A stretch of DNA of 64,000 bases from the NCBI GenBank assembly GCA_013115145.1, contig JAAPAO010000028.1:59580-123579 (forward strand), written 5' to 3'. Below the pieces are notes generated by a model that ran no database searches, was not told the origin of the DNA, and was given only the letters and a program-made list of their open reading frames with translations. Positions 10,793 through 22,904 of the stretch are shown one piece after another (the first letter of the stretch is position 1; every line of letters begins with the position of its first letter). Made by a program: the position numbers and the translations under genes. The stretch comes from Perkinsus chesapeaki ATCC PRA-425 (taxonomy: Eukaryota > Protista > Perkinsozoa).

Positions 10793-12520
10793 TCATAAAT
10801 CGATAACTCGTACGAAGAAGTCAAGATCTCGCTCTTCTATCATCTGACATAACAAGGAATCGAACCATATACCTCCCGAAGAACAACAGTGAATTATACC
10901 ACTACACCAAAGTGACTAGTACCATTCTCCTGAGTGAGCCCTGTAGTAACCGATGCTGCTTCCTTATCTGATCTGGCCGTGGCTTCTCAATAAACTTGAA
11001 GCTCTTCCCTATCATGACAACACACTATATCCTTCACCCTCACCATCCACTCTACCCATGATATCATAATCACGACACGTCTGCCGTAGAGCCTCCCTCT
11101 CCGCGTAGGAATCACCAAACGAGTACACCGACGGTCGGTCCAACTTCTCCCCCGACACTGATACGAGATGATATCTTCTCCAGCCAAGGAGGAGGAGGAT
11201 GGCGGCTTACATTTCTCCCATTCACTTCGGGTTTCAAGCCACTTAGTTACCTTGTCATAAAAAGCCCTCAGCTTCCACTACCAGAAGGGCATAGTTCTCG
11301 ACTGACTATTCCACCCTTACTCTGATACCGTCTCCTCCGTCATAGAATGTTTTTGCGTATTTACTTCGGGCAGATGTAATACCAAAGCTCTCAAGTGTAG
11401 GGGCGATCGATGGCAGCAAAGCACTGCTGCTGTACCTTCATATAAACGGCTTGAATGACGATGAGAAAGATACGACCACCGACTCGACCCAGCCTTCCTC
11501 AGCGTTGGTTATTATACAAATGTCCCCGTTAAGAGAGTAACACATATCGAAGGTCTTCTGGGCCTGAATTATACCAATTAACTCTACCCTGAGTCAAAGC
11601 CCTACTATCCTCGAGATCCGATTAAGCTCATCCACTATCGAGCCATATCTGGCGGACACCCCGCCTGGATGGGCAGCCTGAAGTTGAGTTGTTGATTGCA
11701 GTAGTGTAGAAGGATGTAGAGCTACGGACTTACATTGTGGGCGCACCAAGTACTAGGGAGGATAGTGTCATCATAATCGAAGATGAAGAGGATCTGTGGT
11801 CAGAGGAGAGAGCGGTATGAAACAGCGTCAATTACGTCTTTCGGTCGAGGAATCTTTACACCATCTTTTATAATGCACTCAATGCGCTTGTAAGAAGCTT
11901 GTCCTTCTAGAGGCTTCTCTAGCCCAACCTATGATTGACATCTCTAAAGGCCATCAATACCCCTACCTTGGTCTCCCTCTTGTTAGTAGGGGTACTAGGG
12001 TCACTGCTACTATCAGTTGATGTGGTGTCGCTGTCATCATCACATTCAACAGTCTCAAACATGGCTACTCCCCTCTTAAGCAAGAACACTTCCAGTTTAA
12101 GTGTCGATCCCTCTGGATCTGTTGTCTCCACTAAAATGAATGATAATACTAACCCCTACAGTATCTTTATCTCCTACTATATATTGCTTCATCATAATTC
12201 TCTTCCTCATCATCATCAAATCCATCCTTTACCTTCTCCCGTATCTCATCTATTCTACACTGTACCCTATTGTCCACTACAGTGTCGACACTATCCTCGC
12301 TATCTGTATCCTCCCAAGGGTCCTCCTCCTCCTCCTCGACACTAGGCAAGTCCTCCTCTTCATCCTCGCCGTCGCCGACCGCCGTCCCTTCCTCATTTTC
12401 CTCTACAATGGTAGCCAGCCTCTCTCCTACTGTGGACCAAAGACACCCATTATCATTAGGGACATTATCTTGATCATCATCAAACCAAGGTACGAGCTTT
12501 ACTGGTCGTCGGGGACGCAT
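10793..12520 (-). CDS. HAD-superfamily protein (FDxDDT-LPSTW family common in alveolates) with acidic N-terminus
   Basis: Motifs ILFIFDYDDTILPSTW, ICIITNAEEGWV, ITSARSKYA, VYSFGDSYAERRAL and KSFKFIEKPRPDQIRKQH. Start approximate. Confidence 0.75.
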
Positions 12521-12641
12521 AAGGGGAAATGGAACGCAGAGTGAGACCAATGAACAAGTTGCGCACATTCCGTCAATGGCGGAGCGAAGCGAGTCATATT
12601 TACCATTTTTCTAAGCTGCGTTGGGAGTACTACAGTAGTAG

Positions 12642-14435
12642 ATGGCGCCCACTGAGGATAACACTGTAGTTTACATCGATATCGACATTGATTCGGAGAT
12701 CTCTGGTCGTGGAGCATATGGAAGAGGGGTAGAGTTCGTTTCGCAGTGCAATCTAAAGTAGGGAGAGCGATTCAACCTATCGAGTATCTTGCATGGTTCA
12801 ACCTCAGATATGGCCTGAGCAGTCCCGATATCACCAAGCTTGGAGGATCTGAAATAGCCCGACTACCCGAACTGTAAGACCGTGGCTGAGATGTGCCCTG
12901 TAGCCCTTCAACGCTTCTTAACATTATTGGTTTAGGTACTCATCCGATTTCGAATGGTCACAGAAAGGATCGGCTATCTTTAAGGAGCCTTATGATAGGG
13001 TCACCGTAGAATTGTATGATACAAAGTCTCCCATGGCAGTAGATAACTTTATACATCTTATAAAGGGTGACAAAGGGATATCCAAGCAGTCTGGTAATAC
13101 TAGCTGACTTAGTACATAGTAGTAGTGCATTAAGTCTCGTCAATGCAATACTATATATGGATACCAGTAAATACAACTCAAGCCTAGCCTTTATCAATCA
13201 CTCAATATCATATATACCGTAGAGCTCAAAAGAAACCAGTAGCAGTGAAAGATACTATTACCTGGCGACAGTATCAACTTCAAGTCCATGAGTATTTATA
13301 CAGGCTTTGGACGTTTGTTGGCCTCGCAAGTTATCGCCGCTTAGACTATTCCGTTCCGTAAAATTAATGAAGGATTTACTTCATCCCGATCTATCCTAAT
13401 TCACACTGTAAGTGTGTCCTATACCGCTCTTTCCTCAAGAACTGCCTTACTGGCCTCACATCGAGGAGCTGAACACACTTTCGAACAGCAGTCCTCCACC
13501 ACAATTCATTAACTTTATCAACTGTCGATGATCTCTACTCGACCTCCAGGAAAGGAAAAAGCGCTACTTGGTGATTTTTACAGGTAAAAAATTATGGTAT
13601 AAGGGCTGTCCCTTCCACCGTATAGTTAAGGACTTTGTCGCTCAAACGGGAGACATCGTCACAGGGACTGGAGCTGCTGGGGAAAGTAAGAAGATAAAGG
13701 GGAAGAGGTGGGTTAATGGAAGTATTAACAAGGTAGTTACGGTAAGAAGTTTAAGGATGACGCTGGCGGGCTGAAGTTGAAGCATACTGCTCCTGGTGTA
13801 GTAGGAATGTGTAATACAGGTAATAGCAATTACAGTGCATCAACCGCTAAGCTTTCGTGAACATTTCATTAAATCCATAGAATATGTCAATATAATACTA
13901 TTAACGTTGTCAGTACTGCTAGATGGAAATTACCCTGTATAGGTCACTGCATGTGCTGTGGTGGGATAAGTATGGTCTCTCTCTTAGGTAAAAACTCCAA
14001 CACTTCACAGTTTTACATAACCTTCAAATCGACACCACAATTGGACGGGAAACATGTCATACTTGGCCATGTGGTAATATGGGTTATCATAGGACTACAA
14101 AGGAGCTTCTATAGTTGCCTAGTCACTTGGTACCCAACCCTCTCTATCGAAGCAGCCTAGTCACTTGGTACCCAACCCTCTCTATCGAAGCAGCCTAGTC
14201 ACTTGGTACCCAACCCTCTCTATTGGAGCAGCCTAGTCACTTGGTACCCAACCCTCTTCATTAGTTATTCCTTAAGCTCCATATCATCCCTCTTCAGGTA
14301 GATGGTATGGATATAGTAGATCGATTGAATGGTGAATGTTCCGGTAGTAATGATGATGATGGTAAGCCTCGAGTTCCAGCAATGATAGCCGATTGTGGCG
14401 TAATAAAGGAAGGAAACAAGAGAACCAAAAAGTGA
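12642..14435 (+). CDS. Cyclophilin-type peptidyl-prolyl isomerase with N-terminal insertion
   Basis: MAPTEDNTVVYIDIDID..., VTVELYDTKSPMAVDNF, YKGCPFHRIVKDFVAQTGD, NSNTSQFYITF and LDGKHVILGHV...GKPRVPAMIADCGV. Confidence 0.92.
14117..14257. repeat. 38-bp minisatellite (~3.7 copies) in the last cyclophilin intron
   Basis: Unit GCCTAGTCACTTGGTACCCAACCCTCTCTATCGAAGCA starts at 14117, 14155, 14193 and 14231 (partial). Confidence 0.95.
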
Positions 14436-14885
14436 TCTGAGTTTCTGAGAATGCTGATGGCCTAGAGTTACCATCACTGGTTGGAAGCGCTGTGGAAAAT
14501 AGTGGGGAGGCGCCATGGCGACCGGAATGGTCTGAAAATCGCCTTCGCCCGAATTCTCCTTCCCCGCCAGTGTATGTTCGGGAACGCCTGCATGCACACA
14601 GGTGGTTTCGATCAATCTGCTCCCATCATATCCTTGCCCTGTAATACACTCTTCTGCGCCTCATTAGTGGTTCTACCGACTATCGACTACTGCGCTATTC
14701 TTTATTATGGTACCACTTGCCTCATCGAGATCATTCAACGTGTCTAGGATGACCCGCTGAATACAGACGGAATTTGCTTTAGTGGGCCTTCCCGCTTTAA
14801 AGGCCAAGCAGCTTAATACATGTTAACTCCTTTAATACCGTATTGTGTTAAGTAGTGATAATCGATTGGTAATTCAGTTGATGAT

Positions 14886-15410
14886 ATGATTGAGGTAGTC
14901 TGCAACGACCGACTTGGTAAGAAGATTCGGGTCAAGTGTAATCCTGATGATACTATCGGAGATCTTAAGAAGCTTCTAGCAGCTCAGATAGGTAAAATGG
15001 ATATATGATATTAACTTATAAACCAGCGTAAATGAAGAAGTGTCTTATACTAGTTCAACTACCCATTACTGCACCACCCTCTTTGTTGTGGTTAGATTAG
15101 GATATCATTCTGACAGTTTCGGATAGTTACGGCAGTATAGGCTGTTGTCTTTGTTTCCTTCACAACTATCTTGCCTCTATTAACGGCACCATGGCATATG
15201 TAGTGTGCGTAATGATGCACTTTCCTCTCACTGTGTTCGTTGTTTGATCTTGAAGTGTGTTGTGATCACTTGTTGTCACCTCAATTGCCCTCAGGTACCC
15301 GGCCAGAGAAGATAAGAATACAGAAATGGTATACAGTCTATAAAGATCATATCACTCTGGCCGATTATGAGATACACGATGGTATGGGGTTAGAGCTTTA
15401 CTACAACTAA
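14886..15410 (+). CDS. UBL5: Ubiquitin-like protein 5 (Hub1), two exons
   Basis: [36 protein letters not shown]|[37 protein letters not shown]. Confidence 0.97.
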
Positions 15411-15606
15411 ACAACAATTGCATCACCACCACCAATTCGAAGAATCTTGTGTTGACAATAAATCTTCACAGTGCGTTCATGTCCTTGTTGTTGATAAGTT
15501 ATAATTCTTCACCATCCCCGTTATGTTTCATGACGGTCTCCCCGCGGGTGCCCCGTCGTCGACGTTATCCCGACCACACTGGTCGTCAACTAATTCCCTA
15601 AAAAGT

Positions 15607-17726
15607 ATGGCGCCCAGTAGCTCTGGCAGTAATGCCGCTCCTCAACGGTGAGCACACCCCACCTACTAATCACCCTCACACTTCTCTCAGACGGGCACCG
15701 TGGAGTCTTTTAAACGAATGCACGTCTTCTTTTACCAGTCACAGCCCCATCAGGCCCTTGACAAGAAAGACATCGACGCCAGCTATGCACCACCATTCCC
15801 CCCCTGCTCCACCTAAGTCCCATCTACATGGTGTCTCCTCCGATCCCAAGTAGGACCATCATCATCCTTGCCCCCACCCTCATTGCCATTTAGTTTTACT
15901 GCCCGCTATCGGCCCTCGTCCCCCGACATGAGACGTAACATAAGCTCTAACTCTCTAGTGTCTGCCGATAGTAGCCTCGGCGGTGGCACCAGGTTAGTTG
16001 TAACTGTCTATCCAAGATAACATCTCCTGCAGTTTCCGCTCTCCCTGGTCTTTGCGGTCGCCTACCGGCAGCCTCGCAGATGTTGGCTGTTGCCTAAGTG
16101 AATGTGATTATGACCCATTCCCGCAGCTGGTATTCGTTTACGGTAAATATCGGCTATCCGTCCCTGTTTGCATTCGCCGTATAGGTACATTAAAACAGGG
16201 CTGCAACAACCACAAATATATGACCAACAGAGGTGAGTTGATGATGACCCGGGTTCGATCCCTGGCGGCGGCATTTTTCTGTCTCAGATGGGTGTGATGA
16301 TGTTGTATTCCTTTGTAAAGGACAGACTGACGTCCGTTACCCTATGATATATGATACCAACTATTTCTTCCCTTATATGCTCAACATCCCAGGTGTAGGA
16401 TTCAGGATTGAGGGGTACTACCTCCATCGCCTCGCCCGACCATACCGCACTTTACCATTTTTCGTATCATCAGTGAGATTTATAAAGTATCGCCGTCGAA
16501 GATGCGCGAGCTTGATATTCTCGAGGGCTACCCTGGCAGGTTGGGAGGGGTGTATTCTTTATAGTGCGAAAGATACGCGTATCTTTTTAGATACGAGCGA
16601 TGTAGTATAGGTATTGTCCCTAGTGATATTGATGCTGTTAAACGGCATATGCCCGAAGTGTACGAAGAGGCTGCTAAGGTACAATGATTTGCGGAAAAGT
16701 TGGTATGAGATTGTTAGGTTATGCCTGAAGTCGGCCAGGCCAGTGGTGGTGGTGGTGGCAGCTCGTTGTCTGAATGCCCCTCCTCTCCGACATCCACCAT
16801 CAGCAACAGAATTGTCATACATTGCCAGACGTAAGAAGGCGGCCCATTGTTGTTATTAATATACAAGGTACATGCGTAACTTGGAAAAGAGGCCTGTTTG
16901 GAATTTTGAAGAGTTAGAATTGTACTCTAACTTTCCCCACACTACCAATCAGGAGGATGCGTATTCGACGGTAGCCTTCGTTGATGATGATGCGTGGATG
17001 GCCGAATGCCTATTTAGGACGATTCACCATGTCTGGTGAAGAAGGGTGTCACCATAGCTGAGACCCTAGCAACTGCCGAAAGTCAACAACACTCAAAAAG
17101 TGAACCTCACCAGCTCTCACCGAGGAAGACTAGTTTAATGGCTCGTCTATGGCAAAAGACTAAGCGTAAGCATACGACTGGTGTGGCTGCTGGAAGATGT
17201 CATCTGTTCATCTCATCTATGTTGCAATATCCTATTCAACTTATAGTTCCAGTATCGACTTCACCACGCCAGAACTCGGGCCATGGCGGCGGCGTTCGGT
17301 TCGAGCCTTTTCAACACTTGTAAAACATCATTTGAACAGTGTGTTGCTTAATAAAATCGATCACATTTTCCTATTCATTTTATCAGTGCATATCACTTGT
17401 GCCTGTTTTTAAGAAAGGGCCACGAACTAATTGTTATTTGATATCAATTATTAAGGTGCAACTGCCAAACTAGAGTCAACCGAGGGCATTACTTCTGCTG
17501 CTGCTGCTGCCGCTCCTCCTCATCATCATCGCCCTGCAACTGCTCTACCTCTACTACAGCCTGTCACAGAGCTTCCTAGAGATGACAAGTAAGACAAGTA
17601 TGCTATTCTGTATCTTGATTCCGTCATGTTCTTAGCAATCTCCATGGTCGAAGTCTCAAGTACTTTGGCGGTGATGTCGTCAAACATGCCTCAACAGCAA
17701 CAACTGGCTCGTCGTCCGATAAATAA
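15607..17726 (+). CDS. Hypothetical protein, many short introns
   Basis: Frame-consistent exons include LVFVYGKYRLSVPVCIRRIG...NR|DGCDDVVFLCKGQTDVRYPMIYDTNYFFPYMLNIPG, YERCSIGIVPSDIDAVKRHMPEVYEEAAK and YMRNLEKRPVWNFEELELYSNFP. No family recognised. Confidence 0.6.
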
Positions 17727-18488
17727 TGATTTGTCTGTCCTCATTCTATTTCCCATTATTATCATCGTGGTCCGGTGTGATATTATTATTATCGTCATCA
17801 TCATATCACACACATTTGTACCATAACAACAACTGCTGCCTTTACGTATCATTTACTTCTTTACGTAGTTCTGATATAGCAGTTTAGGTTGAAGAAGGAA
17901 GAAGAGGAGGAACACTACTCGTTTTATTATTATTGTCGTCTCATTAATCTTGCTTTGTGTTACTCACCAACAACAAGTAATCCAGCGAAGGGCCGCTTTT
18001 ATTATCTTAACACTTAGATAGTCCCAATCGGACTGAAATGATCACCAGGTCAGGTTCATGGTACAGAAGATATTTCACCAGTCCAATCGTCACTTCTCCT
18101 CACTATAAGTCTAATACCTGATCTATTACTTCTTGGATATTGTGTAATAACTGTGGTATATGGCATAGAGTAGATTCACTATTACTTAGCCCATTCAGAA
18201 ATACTCATCTATCATAGTTGGTGGCACCACTTGAATAACATATCCCTATCCTTTCCGTTAAAAATAATAGTAGATCATACGTAATAAATCTCAAGTCTGT
18301 GCTGCCCATGTGCACTGCCACTACACGGGCTACTTGAAATCAATTATCCCTCCAGTCCAACTTCTATAATAGTTAATAACACAACAATGAAGGACATCTC
18401 CTTTCGCAGCAGAAATGGTCCGGGGGCCAAAATCCGTCGACCGACATCAGCCGACTGCAGCACATCTCATTATTATCACTGCTACTAC

Positions 18489-19252
18489 TTAATGAAGGAT
18501 GATACCATCGTACTTGGCCTTGAACCACTCCTTGGTCTCATCGGCGGACACACGGTGATGACGACCAACGTGAGCTGACTTACGCTTACGCTGGGCAACA
18601 CGGCGACCGGGGCGGCCCATATGGACGTAGAAGTCCATACCGTAAATACCAGTGGAGGGATCGTACTTCATACCGAGATCGATATGCTCACTGATACCGA
18701 AACCGAAGTTACCAGTCTCAGAGAAGTTGTGGTCACGGAGTTCGTACTCCTTGACCTGTCGAATAAGAAAAGTAATCGTGATACAGATAAGGAGTAACTA
18801 CCTTGAGGCCTCTCTCGAGAATCTCAGCGGCCTTCTCACCGCGAACGGTGACGTGACAGGAGATCTTCTCATTACGACGGATACCGAAGGAACGGATAGT
18901 GTAACGAGCTGAAAATATTAATAATAAATTAGGGAGTATCCAGTACAGTTGTTATTACCGGTGGAAGTCAAGGGCTTCTGGTCGGTGAGGGCCTCGAGCA
19001 CACGAGTGGCACGAGTGAGCCTATCGCCGGACTCACCAACGCAAATGTTGAGAGTCAACTTCTCGATGCGCAAATCGCGCATAGGGTTCGACTTACCGGA
19101 CTTGGCCTAAAACAGCGATAATAAATCATAAAAACCACTTCACAACAGTGAGAAAAAATACACCGTAGACGGACGAGGACGAGTAAGGTAGGTTACCGAT
19201 GTCAGTGATGCATACGTTGAAGTGATGATAGTCCCTATACCCTTACTACCAT
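18489..19252 (-). CDS. RPL11: 60S ribosomal protein L11 (uL5)
   Basis: [43 protein letters not shown] and [22 protein letters not shown]. The first exon appears to be ATG only, at 19250-19252. Confidence 0.97.
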
Positions 19253-19410
19253 GGTTCAATCCTCGCTGCGACTGAGAGATAAAGGCTTGGAATAGCGTAT
19301 CAGAGCTCAAACGATCACGTGGGCGAGCGAGATATCTTGCAGCGGAGCGAAGCTCTCGCGTTGCACGTTTGCCATTTTCAGCGGTCGTGCTAGTGTTGCT
19401 CGTTTTTGCC

Positions 19411-21003
19411 ATGACTGGGACAACTTCACCGTCGTCTGGAGCTGCTGTTATTGAACCTTCTAGTGAGTGGCCTACTACCACTGAGGGTTATCATCTTGAG
19501 TGTCCCATAGGATATGGCGCTTTTGCTACAGTGTAAGTCGACGGTATCTTAGCTTCAAGCGCGACTTTGGCGACCGAAACCGAAATCTTTGCTTTATTTC
19601 GCCGTAGTAGAGCTCATTTGACAGGTACAAAGCCTCTGTGGTGACAGGAGCACATTCAGGTGAGCCTGTTGCGATAAAAGTGATCGATCTAGAGTGCTTG
19701 GATGGCACCACTTTCGATGATATACGCAAGGAGCTACAAGTGATGCGAATGTGTACCCATCCGAATGTACTACCTTACAGTCGGCCTACCAACTTGACTA
19801 TTATCATATATTAGGTTATTACGTACCACGCTGCATTCTCGTCGCCTGATGCTAAGATGTGGCTGGTCATGCCGCTTATTAATGGCGGATCCTGTCAAAA
19901 TGTCATTAGGGAATACAAGAAAAGGACCGGTCATAGTATACAGGTAGGACTCAATCACCGACTACTACCAGCATCAACCGCCATGGCTACTCAGAACATC
20001 GGCATTATCGCTTATATCCTACACGAGACCGCACTGGCTCTCCGCCACTTCCATTCAAACCAACAAATTCATCGAGATCTCAAAGCTGGCAACATTCTGC
20101 TCAGTCTAGACGGCAAAGTGTAATGCCCTCTTTCTTGCTCATTCATCCGCATTCCTCCTTTACAGTTATTTATCTGACTTTGGTGTTTCGGCTTCCATGA
20201 GGGACTCTAGATCTCGGCAGACCTTCGTTGGCACCCCGTGCTGGATGGCCCCCGAGGTGCTGGAGCAAAGCAAAAACGGGTAGTAATGGGCGATGGAAAT
20301 ATCAATTTATATTATCGTAACAGATATGATTATAAAGCCGATATCTGGTCATTCGGTGTAACCGCTTTAGAGCTTGCCAACGGTAGTGCTCCTTATCAGA
20401 ATTTGCATCCGTTGAAGGTAGGGATGGAGGGTATCTTTCGCACTATAAAGAATTTTAATAGGTCATGAAAAATATCTTGGAGAATCCCCCGCCGACCTTG
20501 GAGCGCACTAAAGATTCACCATGGGATTCTTCTTTTGTTAAAATGGTCGCAGATTGCCTCCAGAAAGATCCTAGCAAACGGTGAGTATCTTAGGTTGATG
20601 CGTGCTCAATACATATATTTCAGGCCATCAATTGATCAACTCCTCACCCGACATGACGCGTTTTTCCGCCAGGCAGACAAGCAGGCCCTCGTGGATTTAT
20701 TAAAGACATTGCCAACAATAGAGCAGCGAGAGCCCACAAAACCTCCAGGGTCAGCAGCCGCCGCACAATCCTGTCGTTTCCCCCACCTCACCATTCCATC
20801 AGATACCGATCTCCGAGGGCCCCGAAGGTCCGCACCGGCTTCAGTGGTGCAGTCAGTGGCGCCTGGGATTTTGATTTGGTAATTTTCCGTAATTTTTCCC
20901 GGAAATATTTCTTCATCTTCAGCACGATTCCGACAGTGATGATGACGATAAAGATGACAGTGATTCCGGTATTTTTTCGGAGTTGGGTGAAGAGGAGACC
21001 TGA
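19411..21003 (+). CDS. STE20-family Ser/Thr kinase (OSR1/SPAK-like)
   Basis: [73 protein letters not shown] and SGAWDFD. Confidence 0.93.
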
Positions 21004-21178
21004 TGAGCATCGTTGTTGTTGATAATAAGTGTACCATTTGATATCTTTTATACTTGTTGTTTTCTTGTGTACTAGTACTACTACTGCGATGCTTAAATTC
21101 TATCTTCTATCTCCCTGCGCTTGTCTGATGACTATCTTCAAATCCTTGTTTGGTTACAACTTGAACAACACAATACTA

Positions 21179-22760
21179 TTAGAAGTAGGAATCATAAACG
21201 CCTTTATCATATTTATTTTCGTCATAGGAAGTGGCGTTAATACGCTTCTCGTCGAACGTCCTGAATTTGGTAAATGAAAAAGTTGGCAACTGACAAAGAA
21301 TCCTTCAAACCTTCCATGCATTATCTTCTTCGCTTTCTCGGCGGAGGCAACATCATCGAAAACAACGAAAACTCGCACTTCATCAGCAAGTTCAATGATT
21401 TTCACTTCTTCGACTTTGCCATATCTAAGCTTGATTCTTGCACGATACAAACAAGGTTGATACATACGTTTCACACTCGTCTCGAACATCTTCTTCAAGG
21501 TCTTCATCAACCTCCCCTTTCCCAACCATATTCTTCAACAACATTATTTTGCTCTCCGGCTCCGGCGATGATTGCCCCAAGCTCGGTGGTAAAATCTATC
21601 ATACTCCCCTCCGATCATCATTCGCAGTCATACCGACTTTACCGATATTTTTCCTATTTCTATCTTCCCCTGGGTGGCATCAATCTTCCTGTGCACCAAA
21701 GGAGCGGCAATGCCTTGATTCTTGGCTCCGAGCCCCTAACACATTCCACCTCACATCGTCATCACCACCGAGAGCAGGAGAAGGAGGACCTCACCTGCCC
21801 TTCCGTCCATCCCATTTTCTTCAGAAGCTTCGTGCCGGCCGACTCCTTCTGCACTGCCGGCTTTGCCGCAATCACTGACAGATCGAAAACCATTTTGGAG
21901 GAGCCAAATAAATATTCACAATGAACATCTTTTCATTAATGAGGAAATCCCCAACTCTTTATTTTCCTTACTTGCTATCTCCTTTCTTTCGGCCAAATCC
22001 TCCTCCTGTGCCTTTCTCTTACGTTCTCTATTAATAATATCATAATCGTTAGGGTGCATGGGATCGTATCTGCATAACAGTACATGGCATCTGTCGGCTG
22101 CTACTCCTGCTTTCGTAATCACCGGATTATCACAGTAAATGCAGTCTAATGCTGGGAGATCAAAGATAGACAGAAATTGTGTAGGAAGATTCCCCAAAGT
22201 AGTCCAACACTCACCAAGTCAAGGCAAGGATAATCATACATCCCTCTACATAGTTCTAGCGCAATCGATTTGTTTCACGTATTTACGCTGTGCGTGAGAA
22301 CTTCAGCTCGCCCCAAAGTCACGCAGCACTTGCCTCAGAACCTCCTTTGAAGGCAAGAACGTTCTTGTACTTGCGGTAGCGATAAAACGAGCTGCACCGT
22401 CGAGATGCTAATTATACCATATTTCCCTCAACTCATCCCTTACTCATCTTCATCCTCCAATGCCCCAGATAAAGGCGATGACTTGACTACTGAATCTGGT
22501 GTAGGATATGATACAGCCCCGCCACTCGGACCTGATCGATCTTTCAAAATGTACACAAGCCTTCGGGACTCTAGAAAGATGGAGGACTATCGGATCGTAG
22601 AAGTAATGATTCCTAACTCACGCGGTGTAAAGATTTTAGTCTGGGCGGCGCCAAAGAGATTAAATTGATACTTTGATAAAATATGAAAATACGGTATTAA
22701 AATTGAGTAACGAGATAATTATTGTTATTACCGGTCGGAGCTATTCCTTTATGGAAGAGC
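21179..22760 (-). CDS. SPF45: Splicing factor 45 (G-patch + UHM/RRM)
   Basis: YDPMHPNDY motif, G-patch GTKLLKKMGWTEGQGLGAKNQGI, and UHM LLKNMVGKGEVDEDLEEDVRDECE|YGKVEEVKI. Start approximate. Confidence 0.85.
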
Positions 22761-22904
22761 ATATAAAGTAAGGCAACCCCTATAGCATTCCCTGGCAACA
22801 ACAACTTCCAACACAAGTCGAATAAGGTCAGCACGAAAAATAAAACGCCGTCTGTGGTAGAGAATATGGTCTCCTCCTCCTCCTCATCTTCCTCATGAAA
22901 AGAA

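Noticed and set aside
13251-13267. U1 snRNA-like 5' end (GATACTATTACCTGGC)
   Set aside because: It has an insertion relative to ATACTTACCTGG and no downstream CATTGCAC loop or Sm site.
10051-14257. 40-bp and 38-bp repeat arrays as CRISPR
   Set aside because: Units are head-to-tail with no unique spacers, there are no cas genes, and the context is eukaryotic introns.
14440-14880. Structured ncRNA or gene between cyclophilin and UBL5
   Set aside because: No recognisable snRNA, SRP or RNase P motifs, and the ORFs on both strands lack protein-like features.
15525-15570. tRNA-Asp-like stretch (CGCGGGGAGACCG on minus strand)
   Set aside because: No T-loop or cloverleaf; the match is too short.
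17990-18460. Small minus-strand gene downstream of RPL11, with a possible TGA readthrough
   Set aside because: Several coding-looking fragments but no consistent spliced frame, and no selenoprotein motif around the TGA.
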